64,000 nucleotides of DNA, taken from assembly GCA_026991575.1 (NCBI GenBank), contig JALXBF010000039.1, positions 1-64,000 on the forward strand. Direction: 5' to 3'. The translations under genes and the position numbers were made by a program. This stretch comes from Planctomycetota bacterium (GTDB lineage: Bacteria; Planctomycetota; Planctomycetia; JALXBF01). Positions 59,084 through 64,000 of this stretch are shown here, piece after piece. The notes beneath the pieces were generated by a model. It did no database searches, was not told the origin of the DNA, and saw only the letters and a list, made by a program, of their open reading frames with translations. The stretch's first letter is position 1, and each line of letters starts with the position of its first letter.

Positions 59084-62000
59084 ATGAGCAAAGGAACCAA
59101 GCCGGAATCCTCCGCACATTCGCTCCAGGCAGGCTGGCCTATGGACGGCGGCGCCGTGGTGCCCTGGTTGCCGGAGGAAAGCGACGAGCAACCGGAGGGC
59201 ACGGTGCCAGAGCCGATCACGCTCGGCGGATTGTTCCAGATGTGCAGCCTGTCGGGGGAGGCGGTATCGGCTGCTTCGGTCGCGGCGGTACCGTTCGACG
59301 CGCTGGATGTTGGCGACGAACTCGCAGGCTACCGCCTGATCTTGCGGCTGGGCAAGGGAGCATTCGGTCGTGTTTTCCTGGCCGAAGAGCAGAACCTGGC
59401 GCGCCGGCTGGTCGTGGTCAAGGTTTCGCAACGACAGTTAGATGAGCCGCACGCTCTGGCCCGGCTGCAGCACAGCCACATCGTGCCGATCTATTCGCTG
59501 CACGACGACCCGATCACCGGGCTTCAGGCCATCGTCATGCCGTACCTGGGCGGCACGACGATGGATCGAATCCTGCGCACCATCGGAGATCCCACCCGAA
59601 ACACGCTCTCCGGCCGCGATCTGCTTCGGATCGTCGACGGCTACACGGCCGCCGTGTATCGGCGGCTGCAGGAAGTGAACCACCTCCCTGAGAGCAGCGG
59701 GGCGGGCCAGCGCGACTGGCGCGAATCGTTCCGGTCGCTGGCCAGCCTGGTGGACATCCGCTCAGTGACCGTGTCGGCATCTTCGGTCGATATGGCCTCT
59801 TATCTGGACGACGAGGACCGGCCGGCGCAGTCCGGCCCGGCGCGCGACTGGCTCGGTGCCCTGGTTCGCAAGCTCCGTTATGACCCGGTACCGTTGGGGG
59901 ACTCCCCCCGTGCCGCGCTCAGTGCACTGTGTTACGAACGGGCGGTCCAATGGATCGGTGCGCGCCTGGCCGAAGCGCTCTATCACGCCCACAGCCGCGG
60001 TGTGCTGCACCGCGACGTCAAGCCCGGCAACATCCTCATCGGCCAGGACGGCCGGCCCATGCTGCTGGACTTCAACCTCGCGTACGTCAGCTCCGAGCAA
60101 GCACAGCAGCGATGCATCGGGGGCACGTTGCCGTACATGGCTCCAGAACATCTGGAGGCCTTCGCGCGGGGCGACAGTGGCGAAGGCACCGTCGATGAGC
60201 GTGCGGATATCTACTCGTTGGGCGTCGTGCTCTACGAGCTGCTCACCGGCCGGTGCCCGTTCCCAACAGACCGTTCCGCGTCCACGCGCCAACGGCTTCA
60301 GCAACTAATTGAGAGTCGCCGGCAGCTGCCCCCCTCCGTCCGTAGCCTCAATCCGCGGGTCTCGCCTGCCTTCGCCGCCATCATTCAGAAATGCCTCCAG
60401 CCAGACCCGGCAGACCGCTATCAGTCCACGGCCCACCTGGCCGAAGACCTCCAGCGCGACCTTGAGTCGCTGCCGCTGCGGTACACTGCGGAGCCCAGCC
60501 TGCGCTACCGAGCACAGAAATGGTGCCGGCGACATCCGAAGATCACGCTCGCCGGTGCGATTGTCACCATCGGGTTGGCCGTCATCGCTGTGCTTGGCAT
60601 GGCACTGGCATCGGCCGGCCAGCGGATCGCCCGCATAGACCTGGCCCAGCAGCGCGCGCGGTTCGCCCGACTGTTCCAGCAAACTCAGCTGCTCACGTAC
60701 GCCGCCGTGGGCGAGCCTGGCTCCAAGGCGTTTCAGACCGCGTGGCGCAGCTGTGAGGAAGCGCTGCAGATGGTGCGTGACGCCGGACTGGTGCCGGCAG
60801 AGTCGCTGGCCAAGCCGGAGCAGGTGGACGAGGTCTTCTTCATGGCAGCGTTGCTGACCAAGGCACGCGCTGGCGCCACGCACGATGCCGAGCGACGTCG
60901 GCAGCTCTATGAGCAGGCCCTGCGCTACCTGCGCGAGGCCCGGGCGTTGAACGCGCCGCCGAGCAGAGCGTCCCTGCTGCTGGCAGCCGAATTGCACACC
61001 CTACTGGGCAACACCACCCAGGCTACAGAGCTGCGTCAGCAGGCCGAAGAGCGACCACTCAGCACCGCACACGACCTCGCCATGGAAGCCACCCGTGTGG
61101 CGGCTCGCCGTGACTTCGAGCAAGCCATCCCGCTGTTCCAGCGCGCGCTGCAGCTTGATCCGGGAAACTTCTGGGCCGCCTTCGGGTTGGCGGTCTGTTA
61201 TCAGGCGCTGGGTCAGGTAGATGAAGCATTGGCCGCTTACTTTGCCGCCGCCAATGCGTGGCCCGAGTGCGGTTGGGTCTACTTGAACCGCGGTCAGCTG
61301 CTGGCCAACGCCGGCCGCTATGCCGACGCCCTGGCCGATTTGAATCACGCGATCAAGTTGTTGAGCAACGTCGGCCTGGCCTACGCGGCCCGAGGCAGTG
61401 TTCTGCTCAGGCTCCGCCGCTACGAGCAAGCGGCCGAGGATCTCCGGCAGGCAGTTGCCCTGGGCCCGGTGGACACGCGTCTGTTGACGGCCTACGGTAC
61501 GGCGCTGGCATGGTCGGGCCAAATCGCCCGCGCGCTGGAGGTGTTCGAGCGGGCGGCGACGATCCAAGGGGCCGGCGATTCGGTGGCTATTGCTGCCGCG
61601 TCCGCTCTGGCAGATCGCGCACCACGCACGGCCATGAGCTGGCTGGACCGTGCACTGCGCGGCAACCCGCGCAACCCGCAAGCACTGTACTTGCGGGGCT
61701 ACATCCTGGCAGAGAAGCTGGACCGGCCCGAGTTGGCTCAGCTCGCGCTGGAGCAGTGCCTGAAGATCAAACCGCACCACACATCTGCCCTGGCCCTGGC
61801 GGCCCTGTTGGATGCGCGCGCCGGAAGAGACGCACGCGCGCGTCGGCGCGCGGAGCTGGCCGAGGCCATGACGGCAACCGCAGCCGATCTGTACACGCTG
61901 GCGAGCTGCTATGCGCGCCTGGCCGAGCGGGAGCCGCGCTGGAAAGCGCGCTGCGTGGAGCTGCTGCGGCGCGCCGCGGCCGCGGGCGCGGATCTGTCCC

Positions 62001-62191
62001 GGCTGCGCGACGATGCCGATTTCGCCCACCTGTGGCAAGACCGGGTTGCCGCTCGGCTGCTCGAGGAACTCCTCACGCGCACCGCTTCAGAACCTGCTCC
62101 GCCACCCGACGTGCTGCATCCCGATGCAACGCAGCCAACTCGGCTGCAGCCCCTGCACCCGGCCGACCCGACCGTTCCAGCAGCTCAATGA
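59084..62191 (+). CDS. Ser/Thr protein kinase with a TM segment and TPR repeats
   Basis: LGKGAFGRV, VVK, HRDVKPGN, DFN, GTLPYMAPE and DIYSLG motifs, then a TM helix and a TPR array. Start uncertain. Confidence 0.92.
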   Translation: MSKGTKPESSAHSLQAGWPMDGGAVVPWLPEESDEQPEGTVPEPITLGGLFQMCSLSGEAVSAASVAAVPFDALDVGDELAGYRLILRLGKGAFGRVFLAEEQNLARRLVVVKVSQRQLDEPHALARLQHSHIVPIYSLHDDPITGLQAIVMPYLGGTTMDRILRTIGDPTRNTLSGRDLLRIVDGYTAAVYRRLQEVNHLPESSGAGQRDWRESFRSLASLVDIRSVTVSASSVDMASYLDDEDRPAQSGPARDWLGALVRKLRYDPVPLGDSPRAALSALCYERAVQWIGARLAEALYHAHSRGVLHRDVKPGNILIGQDGRPMLLDFNLAYVSSEQAQQRCIGGTLPYMAPEHLEAFARGDSGEGTVDERADIYSLGVVLYELLTGRCPFPTDRSASTRQRLQQLIESRRQLPPSVRSLNPRVSPAFAAIIQKCLQPDPADRYQSTAHLAEDLQRDLESLPLRYTAEPSLRYRAQKWCRRHPKITLAGAIVTIGLAVIAVLGMALASAGQRIARIDLAQQRARFARLFQQTQLLTYAAVGEPGSKAFQTAWRSCEEALQMVRDAGLVPAESLAKPEQVDEVFFMAALLTKARAGATHDAERRRQLYEQALRYLREARALNAPPSRASLLLAAELHTLLGNTTQATELRQQAEERPLSTAHDLAMEATRVAARRDFEQAIPLFQRALQLDPGNFWAAFGLAVCYQALGQVDEALAAYFAAANAWPECGWVYLNRGQLLANAGRYADALADLNHAIKLLSNVGLAYAARGSVLLRLRRYEQAAEDLRQAVALGPVDTRLLTAYGTALAWSGQIARALEVFERAATIQGAGDSVAIAAASALADRAPRTAMSWLDRALRGNPRNPQALYLRGYILAEKLDRPELAQLALEQCLKIKPHHTSALALAALLDARAGRDARARRRAELAEAMTATAADLYTLASCYARLAEREPRWKARCVELLRRAAAAGADLSRLRDDADFAHLWQDRVAARLLEELLTRTASEPAPPPDVLHPDATQPTRLQPLHPADPTVPAAQ

Positions 62192-63293
62192 CCACCTGGC
62201 CAAGCACGGCCGGTTCGATGCACCCCGGGGGCGCTTCGGAAACGATCGGCCAGCCTAACCGATCGGCAACGTAGCAGGCGTTCTGGCGTTGGTGATCATC
62301 CGCGGCGTGGGGGTATGGAATCAGGACACATGGCACCTGGCACACCGCCGCCTCAGCGATGGCCGACGCGCCGGCCCGCATGACGAGCAGATCGGCCATG
62401 CGATACAAGTCGTCCATCTCCGCCACATGGGGGACCACGCACGCCTCCAGCGCTCGGTCGGCATACATGCGCCGCACTGCAGGCCAGTGACGGACCCCGG
62501 TCTGGTGCACGATCCAGACCTGCCGATCCGCCAGCATCTCAGCCAGTTTGACAGTGGCGTGATTCAAGCTCTGAGCCCCCTGGCTCCCACCCACCGCGGC
62601 AACCACGCGGGGCGTCCCCTCGGGCCGCTCGGCCACGCGCCTCACAGCGGCAGCCCGCACGATCCGGTCGCGTACCGGGACCCCGGTCACCAGCGCCGGG
62701 CAGCGCGGGTTCATCCGCCGTAGCGTCTCGGGAGTACCCGCGCAGACCAGGTCGGCTAACGCCAGCAGACAGCGGTTGGCTCGGCCCGGGACTACGTTCG
62801 GTTCGAAAAGCACCACGTGCCAACCCAGGCTCCGCGCGGCCACAGCTGCCGGAACCGCAGCATATCCGCCAAACGATACCAACACGCCTCTGCGCGCGAA
62901 CCTGGTCAGCACGCCGCGGAGCCAGGCGAGGACGGCGGCCGAACCGGCCAGATAGCGGCCCAACGCCCTAAGGCCGGTCTCCCGCTTCTGCATCGGCACC
63001 ACACGCCGCTCGACCCCCTCGGGCAACTGGCCGCTCAAGTCGACACCTCTGTCACCGGTGGTACCCAGCAACATGATGGGTAACTCAGGCGCCAGCCGGC
63101 GCAGCTGTTCAGCGAGCGCGACGGCCGGGTAGAAGTGTCCGCCGGTCCCGCCTGCGGCCAGCACCACACCACAGCGTGCCCGCAGGGAACCCACCTCAAC
63201 TGGTAATTGCCTCAGCTCCACGGTGCGCCTCCGTGCTGGTCCATTTCCCCCTCTCGCCTGGCAGCTTGTACCTTCTTGGCCAGTAATGCTCAA
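62073..63293 (-). CDS. murG: Undecaprenyl-PP-MurNAc-pentapeptide GlcNAc transferase
   Basis: GGTGGHFYP, FGGY, EPN..PG..N, GGSQGA, RAGAS and HQ..NA motifs. True start may be further downstream. Confidence 0.9.
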   Translation of the reverse strand: MSITGQEGTSCQARGGNGPARRRTVELRQLPVEVGSLRARCGVVLAAGGTGGHFYPAVALAEQLRRLAPELPIMLLGTTGDRGVDLSGQLPEGVERRVVPMQKRETGLRALGRYLAGSAAVLAWLRGVLTRFARRGVLVSFGGYAAVPAAVAARSLGWHVVLFEPNVVPGRANRCLLALADLVCAGTPETLRRMNPRCPALVTGVPVRDRIVRAAAVRRVAERPEGTPRVVAAVGGSQGAQSLNHATVKLAEMLADRQVWIVHQTGVRHWPAVRRMYADRALEACVVPHVAEMDDLYRMADLLVMRAGASAIAEAAVCQVPCVLIPYPHAADDHQRQNACYVADRLGWPIVSEAPPGCIEPAVLGQVVIELLERSGRPGAGAAAELAALHRDAARRVAEQVLKRCA

Positions 63294-64000
63294 GCCGCCG
63301 CGCCGTCGGCCGACTCAAGGCTTCGGCAGCGGCTCAGGCCCAGAACCAGGCCTACGGCAAGCAGGCTGGCCGTCAGATTCGAACCGCCGTAGCTGATGAA
63401 CGGCAGCCCGATGCCTTTCGGTGGCAGCAGCGCAAGCACGACGGCAATGTGAATGAGCGCCTGCAGCGTCAGGGCCAGGACAAGGCCGCGGACGGCCAGC
63501 TGACCGAAGGCCGTCGGTGCAGCTGCGGCCAGCAGCCAGCCGCTCCAGAGAAACGCAACCCAGCCGGCAATGATCAACAGGGCGCCGACCAGGCCGAGTT
63601 CCTCGCCGATGACCGCGAACACGTAGTCCGTGCTGGCTTCTGGCAAGAAACCGAGCTTCTGCCAGCCGGCACCCAGACCCGTGCCCCATAGGCCCCCTGA
63701 GACAAACGAAAGGATCGATTGCTTCACCTGGTAGGGCGCGTCGGCCAGATGGGACCACGCTTGCACGAAGCCGACGATGCGCGCCATGCGGTACGGTTCG
63801 GCCAGAAGCGCCAGGACGGTCACAGCACCGCCTGCGATGCCCAGGGCAACCAGGTGCGTAACAGGCAACCCGCCAAGAAAGGCCACGGCCAAGGTCAGCA
63901 CGGCGATCAGCAAGCCACCGCCGAAATCGGGTTCAGCCACCACCAGTGCGGCGGCAATGAGTCCCGGGCCCAGACAACCAAACGTATCGGGCCAGCGCCA
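63290..64000 (-). CDS. ftsW: SEDS family peptidoglycan glycosyltransferase FtsW (5' end outside the window)
   Basis: EPDFG, YQ..QS, GG..G.GLG, LPEASTDYVFAVIGEELG and LPFISYGGS motifs. Frame is open to the window edge. Confidence 0.92.
   Translation of the reverse strand, partial: WRWPDTFGCLGPGLIAAALVVAEPDFGGGLLIAVLTLAVAFLGGLPVTHLVALGIAGGAVTVLALLAEPYRMARIVGFVQAWSHLADAPYQVKQSILSFVSGGLWGTGLGAGWQKLGFLPEASTDYVFAVIGEELGLVGALLIIAGWVAFLWSGWLLAAAAPTAFGQLAVRGLVLALTLQALIHIAVVLALLPPKGIGLPFISYGGSNLTASLLAVGLVLGLSRCRSLESADGAAA

Noticed and set aside
1..64000. CRISPR array, IS elements, prophage, rRNA
   Set aside because: No regularly spaced repeats and no recognisable transposase, integrase, phage or rRNA sequence.

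Overview
GC-rich bacterial chromosome segment that looks like Planctomycetota. The clues are a LEPR-x-LL N-terminal motif protein, a TPR Ser/Thr kinase with a DFN motif, fwdD/fwdB C1 genes, a GltX insert after KLSKR and DUF1573/GT39 genes. Most of it is housekeeping: iscA-iscS, nrnA-ribF-nnrD-larB-accC-accB-pepQ-ltaE, gltX, flgM, fur, nfi-hisB-hisC, tRNA-Leu(TAG), murG-ftsW. I saw no transposase, integrase, phage gene, CRISPR array or rRNA. The best candidate for an undescribed system is a translationally coupled minus-strand cassette at about 12.6-18.4 kb. It encodes a DUF1573 lipoprotein, a small Cys-rich secreted peptide, a LolA-like exported protein with a C-terminal membrane anchor, a GT-C/GT39 glycosyltransferase and a second DUF1573 lipoprotein. 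The peptide gene is missed by the ORF track because its signal peptide is one base out of frame with the RBS-led ATG. The cassette sits behind a TTGACA promoter with an (AGG)n spacer and a hairpin-rich non-coding kilobase. Also notable are a SpeD-SpeE fusion with non-canonical catalytic motifs, a probable sulfated-glycan locus with convergent wzm/wzt, and a FwdB that keeps its Fe-S and Mo/W ligands. All calls come from reading motifs by eye; no searches were run.
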